Positions 49,066 to 59,810 of a stretch of 64,000 bases of DNA are shown here, piece by piece. How positions within the stretch are numbered: position 1 is the stretch's first letter; each line of letters starts with the position of its first letter. Under the pieces are notes generated by a model. The model was not told where the DNA came from and made no database searches. It saw only the letters and a program-made list of their open reading frames with translations. Where the stretch lies: positions 192,001 to 256,000 of the forward strand of contig CBDBFU010000015.1 in the NCBI GenBank assembly GCA_965205025.1, read 5' to 3'. This DNA is from Candidatus Poribacteria bacterium (GTDB lineage Bacteria > Poribacteria > WGA-4E > WGA-3G). A program made the translations under genes and the position numbers.

Positions 49066-50943
49066 ATGCTAAATAAAACCGAAATTAAGAAAGCATATTT
49101 CACCATCCTTATATTTGTTATTACAGTAATTCTACCATTGAGTTCACTCACCCAGTTTCCAGACTTTGGTCTATCTGATAATGGAGTTGTTGATAAGATA
49201 ATTGCAGAAGGATTTATCTCATTGGACAAAGTCCAACCGGGAAGTCAATTTCAAATAGCAATTGTAGTAGATATTACCAATGGGTGGCATATCAACGCAA
49301 ATCCTACTCGAGAAGGACTTTTTCCTACCGAAATATCACTACCAGAAATACCAAATTTGACATTTGGTGAGATTGCATATCCAAAAGGAGATACACTTGA
49401 TATAGCCTCTATTGGTACAGCATCTGTCTATCACGACACAATCAAAATAGGAATTCCAGCAGCTTTATCCAATAGTGCACCAATTGCACCGATGACTTTA
49501 AACCTTGAGTTACGTTATCAAGCTTGCAGTGATGAACAATGTCTATTACCTGAAACACAAAACATCTCTATTCCAATAGATATTGTCAGTACAGAAAAGA
49601 TTATACAACGAGTGAATCAGGATATTTTTACTGGCATTGATTTTGGAACAGTTTCAGGGACCAATCCCACCAACAATGAGAATAAAGGTGGAATCGCTGG
49701 AGCATTATCAGGTGGTAAGTTGTGGTTAGCATTTCTGCTTGTTTTTGCCGGTGGAATTGTTACAAGTCTCACACCTTGTGTGTATCCCTTAATTCCAATT
49801 ACAGTATCAGTTTTTGGAGCTAACGAATCAACAGGTATCTTCAAATCATTTTTACTCTCTCTGGTATATGTTTTTGGTATAGTACTCACTTATTCGATAT
49901 TAGGAGTGGCTGTAGCATCAACTGGAGCAGTATTTGGTCAGATAATGGCAAACCCTTGGGTAATTGGATTCATTAGTGTAATTCTTTTCTCTTTAGGATT
50001 ATCAATGTTTGGTGTATTTGAAATTAGACTTCCAAGTTCAGTACAAAACAAACTCAATACTGTAGGTGGCACAGGATTTATCGGTGCATTTGCAATGGGA
50101 ACTGTTGCTGGTGTGATCGCAGCACCTTGTACAGGTCCAGCCCTGGCAGCAGTATTAGCCTATATTGCAACTACTCAAAGTGTCTTAATCGGTTTTTGGC
50201 TTATGTTTACCTATGCTCTTGGAATGGGTTTACTTTTTATCTGTATCGGTACATTTTCTGGATTAATTTCGTCATTACCTCGTTCTGGTGGATGGATGTA
50301 TGTATTAGAAAATATATTTGGTATTGCGATAATCACAATGGCTCTCTTTTTCCTGAAGGATGTAGAGGTGTTTTCTGGATTAAAAAGTTTTCTTCAGAAT
50401 TCATACCCGTTTTTTGCTTTTGCCGGTGCGCTTGTGTTGATTGGACTATGGTTAGGTAAATTGAAAGAACGTTATAGTGGTATTTCTTCAAAGTTGCGGG
50501 TCCAAAAAACTTTTGGTTTAGCACTCGCTATTTTGGGTGCATATATGATCCTTGGTGGAATTCAGCAACCTGCAGCTGGACCACATTTGGATTGGGAATA
50601 TGATGAACCGACTGCATTGGCAAACGCAAAACAGAATGACAAATTGGTTATGCTTGACTTCTACGCGACTTGGTGTGGTGCATGTAATGAATTAGATCAT
50701 AAAACATTTTCAAATCAAGAAGTTGTTGATAGATTGAAGAACTATATCACAGTAAAACTGGACTTTAGTGCTGAATCAGACAAGGTTTTAACAGAGAAGT
50801 ATAAAATCCGTGGTTTACCAGTTGTCTTATTTCTGAATTCTTCAGGAATAGTATTAGAACGGGTTGAAAAATTCGTAAATGCGGAGAATATGCTTAAAAT
50901 AATCGATGAAGTTGAAAAGAAAACAGATACATCAACACAATAA
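49066..50943 (+). CDS. dsbD: Thiol:disulfide interchange protein DsbD
   Basis: N-domain QACSDEQC, TM TPCVYP / APCTGP, thioredoxin WCGAC. Confidence 0.9.
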   Translation: MLNKTEIKKAYFTILIFVITVILPLSSLTQFPDFGLSDNGVVDKIIAEGFISLDKVQPGSQFQIAIVVDITNGWHINANPTREGLFPTEISLPEIPNLTFGEIAYPKGDTLDIASIGTASVYHDTIKIGIPAALSNSAPIAPMTLNLELRYQACSDEQCLLPETQNISIPIDIVSTEKIIQRVNQDIFTGIDFGTVSGTNPTNNENKGGIAGALSGGKLWLAFLLVFAGGIVTSLTPCVYPLIPITVSVFGANESTGIFKSFLLSLVYVFGIVLTYSILGVAVASTGAVFGQIMANPWVIGFISVILFSLGLSMFGVFEIRLPSSVQNKLNTVGGTGFIGAFAMGTVAGVIAAPCTGPALAAVLAYIATTQSVLIGFWLMFTYALGMGLLFICIGTFSGLISSLPRSGGWMYVLENIFGIAIITMALFFLKDVEVFSGLKSFLQNSYPFFAFAGALVLIGLWLGKLKERYSGISSKLRVQKTFGLALAILGAYMILGGIQQPAAGPHLDWEYDEPTALANAKQNDKLVMLDFYATWCGACNELDHKTFSNQEVVDRLKNYITVKLDFSAESDKVLTEKYKIRGLPVVLFLNSSGIVLERVEKFVNAENMLKIIDEVEKKTDTSTQ

Positions 50944-50957
50944 AATAGGAGAACCTT

Positions 50958-52028
50958 ATGGAAAATAGATTACTCTTTTCATCTCGATATTGGTTAGTGT
51001 ATACAGAGATCTTCGCAATAATAGTTTTCATAGCAATCGCCACAATCCTTATACAGAAAAGTAGCAGTGAACAGGAGGCACACCCTCTATCCGAAGTAGA
51101 AGTACTAATTACGGAAGCAGATACACTATTTGAGAAGCAGGATTTTGGGGATGCCATTTTACTGTATTGGCAAGCATTAATTGCAATGAATAAATCAAAA
51201 TCTGATACTAATGCAGATACACGTTTACATGCTAACCTACGTATAGCTGAGATTTACTCACAAAGTAGTTGGGTTAAAGATGCGTGGTCTCGTCTGAAGA
51301 ATGCCTCAATCATAAATCCTGAAGATGAGCAAGTATTACTCCTAAGTGGTAAGCTACATAGAGATTTAGGTGATCAAGAAGAAGCCGTTAATCATTTTAT
51401 ATCCGTTATTGATAAGAACAATGGTAATGCTGAAGCCCACTACCTTCTGGGTGTGCTTTATCAAGGTAGAAAACAATACTCTGATGCATCAGAACATTAC
51501 TTAGAAGCAATAAACAATGATACGGAACTAAAGAATATATCATCTGAAAAGGCACCAATTGGAATACTATCAAGATTACAGTTATCCCGAACCTACAATA
51601 AGATGCTCCAAGGATATCGATTCGTAGATCGTGAACTCACAAATGCAGATTATGATGAAATGTCTCGACTTGAATCACAATCTATAATACTCTTGAAGGA
51701 AGCTAACCAGTTATATCCAGGAATGCAGGAAGTTGTAAACGATCTAATTGGTTTACTGTATTATCGAGCAAGTGCGCTTAAACGTGAAGCAGCCACTCGA
51801 CCCTATGCTGATGCTTTAGATGTATATGAAGAAATTGTAGAACTTGACCCTATGGAAGTACAAGCTTGGCAGGAGATGGCAGAAATATATGAGAGTTATC
51901 TTCGTGATAAAGAAAAAGCACTTGAGATGTATCAGAAGGTTCACAAACTTGAACCCCATCCAACCTTCTTAGCAATAATCAAATCTTTAGAAGAAGATAT
52001 AGCAGCCGAAAAAGAACAAAGTAAGTAA
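50958..52028 (+). CDS. Membrane-anchored TPR protein
   Basis: N-terminal TM helix; AEAHYLLGVLY and VQAWQEMAEIY TPR units. Confidence 0.75.
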   Translation: MENRLLFSSRYWLVYTEIFAIIVFIAIATILIQKSSSEQEAHPLSEVEVLITEADTLFEKQDFGDAILLYWQALIAMNKSKSDTNADTRLHANLRIAEIYSQSSWVKDAWSRLKNASIINPEDEQVLLLSGKLHRDLGDQEEAVNHFISVIDKNNGNAEAHYLLGVLYQGRKQYSDASEHYLEAINNDTELKNISSEKAPIGILSRLQLSRTYNKMLQGYRFVDRELTNADYDEMSRLESQSIILLKEANQLYPGMQEVVNDLIGLLYYRASALKREAATRPYADALDVYEEIVELDPMEVQAWQEMAEIYESYLRDKEKALEMYQKVHKLEPHPTFLAIIKSLEEDIAAEKEQSK

Positions 52029-52163
52029 ATCCATCTACCTAACTCTCTAAATTCCCACCCCATAGAGTCTACACAAACTGAAGTATATAAATAAGTCTGT
52101 CAGGTGTGCCTTATATATAGAAATAATGTTATTGATAAGTGTGAAGGGAAGGTTTTACTAAGA

Positions 52164-52235
52164 AGCCGATGAGAGGATTTGAACCTCCGACCTACTGATT
52201 ACGAATCAGTTGCTCTTCCACTGAGCTACACCGGC
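52164..52235 (-). tRNA. tRNA-Thr(CGT)
   Basis: GCCGGTGTAGCTCAGTGG...ACTGA-TT-CGT-AA-TCAGT...GGTTCAAATCC...CATCGGCT; no encoded CCA. Confidence 0.92.
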
Positions 52236-52258
52236 TTGTAAATGCTTAAATAGCAAAA

Positions 52259-52331
52259 TGCCGAGAGGCAGAATCGAACTGCCGACACATAGATTTTCAG
52301 TCTACTGCTCTACCGACTGAGCTATCTCGGC
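52259..52331 (-). tRNA. tRNA-Phe(GAA)
   Basis: GCCGAGATAGCTCAGTCGGTAGAGC-GTAGA-CT-GAA-AA-TCTAT...GTTCGATTC...CTCGGCA. Confidence 0.93.
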
Positions 52332-52343
52332 ATCAGGTAGATT

Positions 52344-52372
52344 ATAATACCATTAAATGTAATTTCTGTCAA
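52344..52372 (-). promoter_or_regulatory. Sigma70 promoter for the tRNA pair
   Basis: On the - strand TTGACA (52367-52372), 17 bp, TG-n-TATTAT just upstream of tRNA-Phe. Confidence 0.6.
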
Positions 52373-52386
52373 TTCTTTTTAGATTG

Positions 52387-53367
52387 TTATTCCTTCCAAA
52401 TACCAATCTCTTTATAGAAACGTATCGCCCCAGGATGAAAGGGTGTACCCGTATCTTTTATGACATTCTTAGGGTTAATTGCATTACCTGCTTTGTGTGC
52501 TTTTACAACTTCAGCACGATTGTTATATAGTGTTTTTGTAAATTCATATACGGTGTTTTCATCAACCGACTCAGCAGTAATTAGATGCATGGATCCCACA
52601 TTCATAGTTTCAAATGGTTCGGTTAACACCTTCTCATAAGCAGTAGCAGGAATAGTGATCGACGAAAAGAAAGGATACTTTTTAACAAGAGCTTCCTTGG
52701 CCATTTTGTCAAAAGGAATAAACATAATATCTTGTGATGCGGAAGCTTGCTTCACGGCAGGTGTTGGCACTGCTCCACCAATAAAAGCAGCTGTAGCTGC
52801 CCCGTCTGCTAATAAATTCACGGCAGCGCTATAAGTATCATTGAGAGGAGTGAAATCATCATAGGTAACACCATGTTCCTCTAATACTGGTCTCAAGAAA
52901 TATTCAAATCCAGCACCGGCTGGACCAACAACGACTCGTTTTCCTTTTAGATCCGGGATTGAATTAATCTCTGAAGATTTCTTTGCTACAAACAGAGCCA
53001 CATTTGGAGCGAGTGTCATGACTGAACGGATTGGATGTTTCGTTCCCCATGCACCTTCACCACGTACAGCAAAATATGAGATTGCAGCATTTGCAAGTGC
53101 AAATTCTATTCTTCTATCATCCTCTACCAAAAGACGGATGTTCTCTTGAGTTCCTTTTGTTCCTTGGGCGGTAACTTCCCAGTTCATTTCTGTTGAATTA
53201 CGATTTACAACATCTGCAATCGCCCCACCAACAGCATTAAACGCTCCCCCTATAGGGGCAGTACCAATACTGATAAACTTCATCTTAGATGTATTATCAC
53301 ATCCAATATATATCAACAATGCAAGAATAACAGGTATTATGATTGTATATTTCCTGATAGTTTTCAT
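52387..53367 (-). CDS. TAXI-family TRAP solute receptor (lipoprotein)
   Basis: Lipobox IGC; IGTAPIGG, TKGTQENI, DLKGKRVVVG, PFHPGAIRFYKE. Confidence 0.9.
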   Translation of the reverse strand: MKTIRKYTIIIPVILALLIYIGCDNTSKMKFISIGTAPIGGAFNAVGGAIADVVNRNSTEMNWEVTAQGTKGTQENIRLLVEDDRRIEFALANAAISYFAVRGEGAWGTKHPIRSVMTLAPNVALFVAKKSSEINSIPDLKGKRVVVGPAGAGFEYFLRPVLEEHGVTYDDFTPLNDTYSAAVNLLADGAATAAFIGGAVPTPAVKQASASQDIMFIPFDKMAKEALVKKYPFFSSITIPATAYEKVLTEPFETMNVGSMHLITAESVDENTVYEFTKTLYNNRAEVVKAHKAGNAINPKNVIKDTGTPFHPGAIRFYKEIGIWKE

Positions 53368-53448
53368 GTTTTCTCCATTATTTTCATATCTTATTTTAAT
53401 AGAAATATTTGATAGATTTCTATTTATACATTTCTATTTACACCCATC

Positions 53449-54738
53449 TTATTTATCAAAGCTTAATGGAACTTCTGGTGGGAAATAACACATCTTGGAC
53501 ATATCTGGAAAGATATGAGTTACATCTCTTCTATAAACATCCCCACTTAGTATGTCAACGATTCCTCCAAGATGCTCTGGGTATTCTGACAGAAAACGAG
53601 CAAAGCTGAATTCCTTTGTATAGAAGGCGTATACTAATTTCCTAAATGCTTCCATACCATTTACAAAAGTCTGTCCGAAACTCCCCAACTGATTTCCAGA
53701 AAAATCATTCTCTCTAAATGCCTCAACAATTACATCTGCAGCCATTTCACCGGATTTAAGTGCTAAGAATAAACCTGTCGAATATACTGGATCCAAGAAA
53801 CCAAATGCATCTCCGATAAGCAACCAATTCTGTCCTGAAATTCGACTCGCTCTATACGAGAAGTCTTTGGTTGTTTGAACAGGAAACAGTTGTTTAGCAC
53901 CGTCCAATCGTTCCTTTAATGGTTGGCACTTCACCAATTCTTCCTCGAAGATCTTTTGTGTGTCCAGTTTTCCATCTGAATCTCTTCGGTTTTGTAGAAG
54001 ATAATCTAATTCTCCTACAACCCCTACACTTGTCCGGTTGTATGGTAGTGGAATAGACCAAAACCATGAATCCTTTTCCTCTGTATGCAGTATAAGGGTT
54101 GCCCCTTCGTCAATTCCTGGATCTCGGTATCCACCTTCAAAATGTGTGAAAAGAGATGCTTTTTTCAGGTTAGGATCCACAGTATTTAGATTTAATTGTC
54201 TACCAATAAGAGATCGCTGTCCTGTAGAATCAACAATTACTGTGCCATGAATCGTCTGTTGTTGTGTTTCCTGAATGTTACCATTGACTGTCGTCTGTGT
54301 ATTAACACCAATTGCTTTATCTCCATCAAAAAGCACTTTTCTTACACTTACACCCCTTCGTACCTGAACACCTTTTTCAACGGCGTTATTTAATAACATC
54401 TGGTCGAATTCACTCCGCAAGACCTGCCATGTCACGGAACTCTCATGTGGATTTGTTTCAAAGAAGTAAAATGGATTCGTAGCTTTACCAGTCCGTGTGA
54501 AAAACTGAACACTATATTTCTGGGGAAAATGGCTCGCTCTTAGTTTCTCAAGCATTCCAAGACGTTTGAATGTCCAGTATGTTGAAGGAATCAGGGATTC
54601 ACCAATTTTAAACGATGGTTCAGATTCACGTTCCAAGAGCAGCACACGATATCCTTGTTGTGCTATAAGGGTTGCGGCAGTACTACCTGCGGGACCTCCA
54701 CCGATAATTATTGTATCATATGTTGAGTGCTGATTCAT
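53449..54738 (-). CDS. Flavin-dependent halogenase-like FAD oxidoreductase
   Basis: IIGGGPAG, FKIGES, FPQK (putative catalytic Lys), WFWSIP (WxWxIP), GDAFGFLDPVYSTG. Confidence 0.78.
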   Translation of the reverse strand: MNQHSTYDTIIIGGGPAGSTAATLIAQQGYRVLLLERESEPSFKIGESLIPSTYWTFKRLGMLEKLRASHFPQKYSVQFFTRTGKATNPFYFFETNPHESSVTWQVLRSEFDQMLLNNAVEKGVQVRRGVSVRKVLFDGDKAIGVNTQTTVNGNIQETQQQTIHGTVIVDSTGQRSLIGRQLNLNTVDPNLKKASLFTHFEGGYRDPGIDEGATLILHTEEKDSWFWSIPLPYNRTSVGVVGELDYLLQNRRDSDGKLDTQKIFEEELVKCQPLKERLDGAKQLFPVQTTKDFSYRASRISGQNWLLIGDAFGFLDPVYSTGLFLALKSGEMAADVIVEAFRENDFSGNQLGSFGQTFVNGMEAFRKLVYAFYTKEFSFARFLSEYPEHLGGIVDILSGDVYRRDVTHIFPDMSKMCYFPPEVPLSFDK

Positions 54739-54772
54739 GGTAATTGTTGTAGTTACTATTAAATGTTATATT

Positions 54773-56017
54773 TTATATTCGTTCATCAGTAAATCGTCTT
54801 GATTTCAATTCATATCGTGGTAAAGTACCATTTGGTACTGTTTTAACAATTGTTCTTAATCCTAATTCATCTCGGATGGCTGCAGTGACCTTGGATATTG
54901 TTTCATCTGAGTTTGGATTAATCGTCTCAATTTGGATTTCAAGCTCATCAAATGTATCTCCAGAATAAGCACGAACAGCAAACTCACGAACATCTTGTAC
55001 CTTTAAGATGATATTTTCAATTGTTGCTGGATATACATTTAATCCTCGTATAATTATTGCGTTATCTAACCTTCCCACAACACCACCATCAAGGATACGA
55101 TGTTCACTTCCACAAGAACACTGTACTGATTTTAGTCTGACAAAATCTCCTGTCCTGTACCGTATTACTGGCATCCCAACCCGTCCTAAATTAGTAATGA
55201 CTAACTCTCCCTCATCTGCATGCTTGCCAGAATCTGGATCTATTACCTCACAAATAAATTCGTCCTCATTGAGATGCACTCCGTTTTGTGTTCTACACAT
55301 TACACCCCAGGCACCAACTTCGGTTGCACCAACATGGTCGTAAGCCTTTGCTCCCCATCCGTCTTCAATTCGTTGTTTTGTAGATTGTAGACTTGCCCCC
55401 GGTTCACCTGCATGGATCGTAACCCTTACCTTAGATTTAGTACTTAAATCCACACCTTCTTGTTTTGCCACTTCTGCCAGTCGTAAAGCATAGGTAGGTG
55501 TACATATGACCACTGTCACATCATTCGTAAGGATAGCACGTATACGTTGATCAGATGTCATCCCTCCATTTGCTATGGTGAATGTTCCAAGTTGTTGAGC
55601 GCCATGATATGCGCTCCAAAAACCAATAAAGGGTCCAAATGAGAAAGCAATCATTAACCTGTCAGAGGAGGTCACCCCTGCAGCATTATAAATATCACGC
55701 CAACATTTACCCCACCAATCCCAAGATTCTCTTGTATCTAACCAACGGATTGGTGAACCTGTTGTACCAGAGGTCTGATGTATGCAGGTATACTGTTCTT
55801 GTGGATAGGTTAAATTCGTACCGTATGGTGGATGGGAAACCTGATCTGTACTAAGTTCATCCTTCGTCGTAAATGGAAGATTCTGATAATCTGAAAGCGT
55901 TTGAATTTCATCAGGATTGGAAAAGCCAGAATCACCTAACTTCTTTTTATAGAAGTCATTTGACTTACAAACCGGTATTAACATTTCTCTCAACCGGTTT
56001 AATTGTATATCTATCAT
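54773..56017 (-). CDS. Phenylacetate-CoA ligase (PaaK)-like adenylate-forming enzyme
   Basis: LPFTTKDEL, TSGTTG, AGEPG, GATE, RYRTGD, GRLD. Confidence 0.85.
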   Translation of the reverse strand: MIDIQLNRLREMLIPVCKSNDFYKKKLGDSGFSNPDEIQTLSDYQNLPFTTKDELSTDQVSHPPYGTNLTYPQEQYTCIHQTSGTTGSPIRWLDTRESWDWWGKCWRDIYNAAGVTSSDRLMIAFSFGPFIGFWSAYHGAQQLGTFTIANGGMTSDQRIRAILTNDVTVVICTPTYALRLAEVAKQEGVDLSTKSKVRVTIHAGEPGASLQSTKQRIEDGWGAKAYDHVGATEVGAWGVMCRTQNGVHLNEDEFICEVIDPDSGKHADEGELVITNLGRVGMPVIRYRTGDFVRLKSVQCSCGSEHRILDGGVVGRLDNAIIIRGLNVYPATIENIILKVQDVREFAVRAYSGDTFDELEIQIETINPNSDETISKVTAAIRDELGLRTIVKTVPNGTLPRYELKSRRFTDERI

Positions 56018-56059
56018 ATATCTATCAGATCCTTGCTTAGGATTCCAACCTGGTAAACA

Positions 56060-57400
56060 TTATGTATACCGTGTATTCTGGTATTCTGGAGCATAGAACG
56101 CTGGAAGAAGACCATCAACCTGGAGTAAACCCCGTTGGGTTAGTTGGATTTCATCTTGATCTGATTGAATTCGTAACATACCTTCGTTCTGTAGTTTCTC
56201 AAATTCCTCACTATAGAGTGTCAAGATATCCTCATCGAACTTAGATTTGAAATAGGATGGATTAATCTTACCAAGTTTAAGTTGTAAAATCATTTCTCGT
56301 GTGAGTTTTTCATCCTCTGTAGGTTTAAAAGCGCGATAGATGGGTAGTTCACCTTCTTCAAGAGTATTGAGATAGTCCCCCCAAGATGGTGCATTTTGAA
56401 AATGAATTCCGCTCAGATGTGAAAAAGATGCTACCCCCGTACCGATCATATCACTTCCTTGCCATACTGCATCACGATATACAAACTTACAAGGTTTGTC
56501 TTTTTTCAAAACCGTATAGGCACTTGATTGTTCATATCCGGCTTGAGCGAATTGCTCAAAAGCATATTGGTGCCATTCCCTTTTTAGTTTCCAATCAGCA
56601 ACAGGTAATGCATCTCCCCCGAGGATATCTTTTGAATAAACAGTATTAAAAGGCAGCTCAAGTTGATAAACAGTAATACTATCAGGATCAAGTTCTATAG
56701 TCTTTTGAACAGTATCCCGCCAACTTTCCCACGTTTCACCAATCATACCAGATATAAGGTCAATGTTAACCTGATCAAAGTCTAATTCCTTTATCCATGG
56801 ATCAATTCTGTACACCTCTTTTGAGAGATGTGCACGACCGTTTTCTTCGAGGATGTCGTCATTCAAGTTCTCAACACCGAGACTTAAACGGGTAACACCT
56901 ATGCCTTTTATAGCTTCTAATTTTTTTTGTGTCAACGTACCCGGTTCACATTCGAATGCAACTTCTTCGGCATCATCCCAAGGAAACACTTTCTTGACTC
57001 TTTCAACGAGTGTGTTTAGATGTTTTACACTGATGTATGATGGAGTACCACCACCGAAGTATACAAATCTCAATGGACGGTTGACTAATGCAGGTTGTCT
57101 GCCATATAGTTCGATTTCTTCAGCAAGAGCATTGAGATATGTATCTATTTCAGAGCTGTTTTTATCCGTATAAACTCGAAAATAACAGAATTTACAACGT
57201 TTACGGCAGAAAGGAATGTGTAGATATAGACCTAACGTTGCATCGTCCGATGGTTCTTCGTTTAATGCATTATATACATCCGGAACTGCTGATTCATTCC
57301 ATACAGAATAGGGAGGATAATTAGAAACAAAAACGCTCCCTACGGATGTCTTTTCAGAATCTATTCCTGCTGTCGCTGGTTCCGGCTTTGTTTGGTTCAT
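56060..57400 (-). CDS. HemN-like (class C) radical SAM enzyme
   Basis: LYLHIPFCRKRCKFC, YFGGGTPS, RLSLGV, NIDLISG; divergent N-terminus FVSNYPPYS. Confidence 0.85.
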   Translation of the reverse strand: MNQTKPEPATAGIDSEKTSVGSVFVSNYPPYSVWNESAVPDVYNALNEEPSDDATLGLYLHIPFCRKRCKFCYFRVYTDKNSSEIDTYLNALAEEIELYGRQPALVNRPLRFVYFGGGTPSYISVKHLNTLVERVKKVFPWDDAEEVAFECEPGTLTQKKLEAIKGIGVTRLSLGVENLNDDILEENGRAHLSKEVYRIDPWIKELDFDQVNIDLISGMIGETWESWRDTVQKTIELDPDSITVYQLELPFNTVYSKDILGGDALPVADWKLKREWHQYAFEQFAQAGYEQSSAYTVLKKDKPCKFVYRDAVWQGSDMIGTGVASFSHLSGIHFQNAPSWGDYLNTLEEGELPIYRAFKPTEDEKLTREMILQLKLGKINPSYFKSKFDEDILTLYSEEFEKLQNEGMLRIQSDQDEIQLTQRGLLQVDGLLPAFYAPEYQNTRYT

Positions 57401-57475
57401 TTCTATATTCCTTATAGTAAAATCAATTATACATACTATATATATGTATAGACTTAAATTATAAATCTATTTTAA

Positions 57476-58684
57476 TTATTTCTTTCCAAAACAGAAAAGT
57501 ATTCCATCCTCATTCCCAATGTAAATTCTACCATCAGACACACTCGGTGATGCGATAATAGATGAACCGGTTTCATATTCCCAAACAGACTCTCCTGAAG
57601 ATAAATCTAATGCAATAAATAATCCGCGAGTTGTACCGACAAATACGCGTTTTCCTACAACAATAGGAGAAGATTCAATACGCGATTTTGCTGTATAGGT
57701 CCAGATAGGATCACCCGTATTATGTGATAGTGCATGTACCATCTTATCACGTCCACCGATAATAACTTCATCTCCTGTGAGGGCAGCAGAAGCGATAAAA
57801 GGATATTTAAGATCTGGGTGTTGATATCGCCAGGTAATATCTCCTGCATCCAAAGACACACTTAGGATTTCACTGCCATAAGTACCACAGAAGACATGAT
57901 TATCTAATATTGCTGGACTTGCCCCCACATAAGTTCCAAGATTTACCATGTGTACTTGTGTTCCATCCGTGACATTAATTACACGAAGATAACCATCACA
58001 TCCTGTTGCAATTGCATAATTTTCTATAGTGGATGCATCATCAGTTTTATGGAGCCAAACACTGGGTGTTGCATGAACATATCCTTCAGTTTCAAATTTC
58101 CATATTAGATTACCATTATTGATGTCTAAACAGTATAAAAACCCATCATACGAACCGAATAACACCCGGTTATCTATGAAATTTGCTGAAGATACAATCT
58201 CACCCTCGGTGGTATACATCCATTTCTTTTCATGCGTGTTAATATCCACTGCATGAAATATACCTGTGTCATCTCCAAAGTAAATGACACCATCAGAAAT
58301 TGATGGGGATGACTTTATTGGTGCCTTGGCATTATAGTTCCATTTACTCTCTCCTGTCTGAGCATTTAGTGCATATAAATACCCATCTAATGCCCCAACA
58401 TATACAGTACCTTCATAGATAGTTGCAGTAGACTCTATCATGTCATCTACTTTAAATGTCCATAATAAATCAAGCTTATCGGGGAGTTGTGCCTTAACCA
58501 CTCCTGTAAGCTGCTGATTACCTCTGAAACTAACCCAATTACCAAAAGAAATCTGTATGTTTATAAAAAATAAGACCAAAATATAAGATAAGATCACTAT
58601 GATATATCGTATGATTTCTTTTAAATTGGTGAGTTTGATAGGTAAAAACTCAAAATACTTTTTCATATAATCTCTCAAAATCAT
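57476..58684 (-). CDS. PQQ-type (BamB-like) beta-propeller protein, probably exported
   Basis: Hydrophobic N-terminus, WVSFRGN, repeated SSP...VYxG..DG..YAL...G...W units; true start probably downstream. Confidence 0.8.
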   Translation of the reverse strand: MILRDYMKKYFEFLPIKLTNLKEIIRYIIVILSYILVLFFINIQISFGNWVSFRGNQQLTGVVKAQLPDKLDLLWTFKVDDMIESTATIYEGTVYVGALDGYLYALNAQTGESKWNYNAKAPIKSSPSISDGVIYFGDDTGIFHAVDINTHEKKWMYTTEGEIVSSANFIDNRVLFGSYDGFLYCLDINNGNLIWKFETEGYVHATPSVWLHKTDDASTIENYAIATGCDGYLRVINVTDGTQVHMVNLGTYVGASPAILDNHVFCGTYGSEILSVSLDAGDITWRYQHPDLKYPFIASAALTGDEVIIGGRDKMVHALSHNTGDPIWTYTAKSRIESSPIVVGKRVFVGTTRGLFIALDLSSGESVWEYETGSSIIASPSVSDGRIYIGNEDGILFCFGKK

Positions 58685-59771
58685 CTATTCCCACAGGCCG
58701 TGGGTTAAACTGCGCTGTCCATTGAACCGATGCCTCCTTTGCTAAGTTAGCAAGGTCTGTTGACCTGATGGGATATTGGACAGAACACTCTTGTAGTGTG
58801 TTCGGTAAATCACTACATTCAATTAAAGACTCAATTCTATCAGCTAAATTCCCTTTAGAATAAAGTTCTTGATAGAAACCTCCAACGATTTGTTCATTAT
58901 ATCGTATAACATGCGGTAGCATTAGACTGACCGCGATACCATGTGTAATTCCATATCTTGCTGTTAATGGATTTGCACATGCATGTGCGGCACCAAGCAT
59001 AGAATTCTCTATTGCCAATCCAGCAAGATATGCACCAAATAACATCTTTCCACGCGCGTCAAGATGTTCTTCATCAATAGCTATTTGGAAATTAGATTCT
59101 AACATTTTCCACGCCTGTATTGAAAACATCTGGGAAAGCGGGTTACGTCTTGTTGAAACAAAACTTTCAACTGCGTGTGCTATGGCATCTATACCTGTGA
59201 TCGCTGCAACCAATTTAGGTAAGGTATCAGTCACAGTTGGATCTAAAATGACAGTGTCAAATTTTGCTTTTTTGTCTCCACAAGCCATTTTAATATGTGT
59301 ATCATCTTGTGCAATCAATGCATAAGATTGCGCCTCACTTCCAGTACCAATTGTTGTCGGTATACCTATTGAGGGAAGCATAGGTCTTGTAGCTTTGTTA
59401 GTTCCCCAATAGTCCTCCATTTCACCTCCATTTGTTAGAATGAAATTCGTTCCTTTTGCACAATCCATTGCACTTCCACCCCCGAGTCCAATAATTAGAT
59501 CAATTGGGTTGTTTTTTTGTGCAAATTGGACTGCCTTATAAACATGTTTTGTTGTTGGGTTCGGATCAACATCCGTGAAAACGGAACAGTGTATATTCTC
59601 GTTATTTAGTGCCGAATATGCTCTCTTCAGAATACCCGCTTCCTTGATCCCAGTATCAGTAATGATGAGCACACGACTACCACCCAATGTTATAGTGGCT
59701 TTTGCGAGTTTCTCAATACTGTTATCTCCAAATAAAACACGTTGTGCTAAATTAGAATCGAAGGATACCAT
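58650..59771 (-). CDS. Iron-containing alcohol dehydrogenase
   Basis: GLGGGSAMDCAK, IPTTIGTGSE, DAIAHAVES, AHACANP, ITHG. Confidence 0.9.
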   Translation of the reverse strand: MVSFDSNLAQRVLFGDNSIEKLAKATITLGGSRVLIITDTGIKEAGILKRAYSALNNENIHCSVFTDVDPNPTTKHVYKAVQFAQKNNPIDLIIGLGGGSAMDCAKGTNFILTNGGEMEDYWGTNKATRPMLPSIGIPTTIGTGSEAQSYALIAQDDTHIKMACGDKKAKFDTVILDPTVTDTLPKLVAAITGIDAIAHAVESFVSTRRNPLSQMFSIQAWKMLESNFQIAIDEEHLDARGKMLFGAYLAGLAIENSMLGAAHACANPLTARYGITHGIAVSLMLPHVIRYNEQIVGGFYQELYSKGNLADRIESLIECSDLPNTLQECSVQYPIRSTDLANLAKEASVQWTAQFNPRPVGIDDFERLYEKVF

Positions 59772-59810
59772 GTAAACTCTTTGAATAATTCCAAGATTTC
59801 AGTATTTTGT

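Noticed and set aside
52164-52331. tRNA genes as an integration site for a genomic island
   Set aside because: No integrase and no duplicated tRNA 3' end seen in the window
56060-57400. Calling the radical SAM gene hemN
   Set aside because: The N-terminal motif differs from GPRYTSYP, and there are no heme genes nearby
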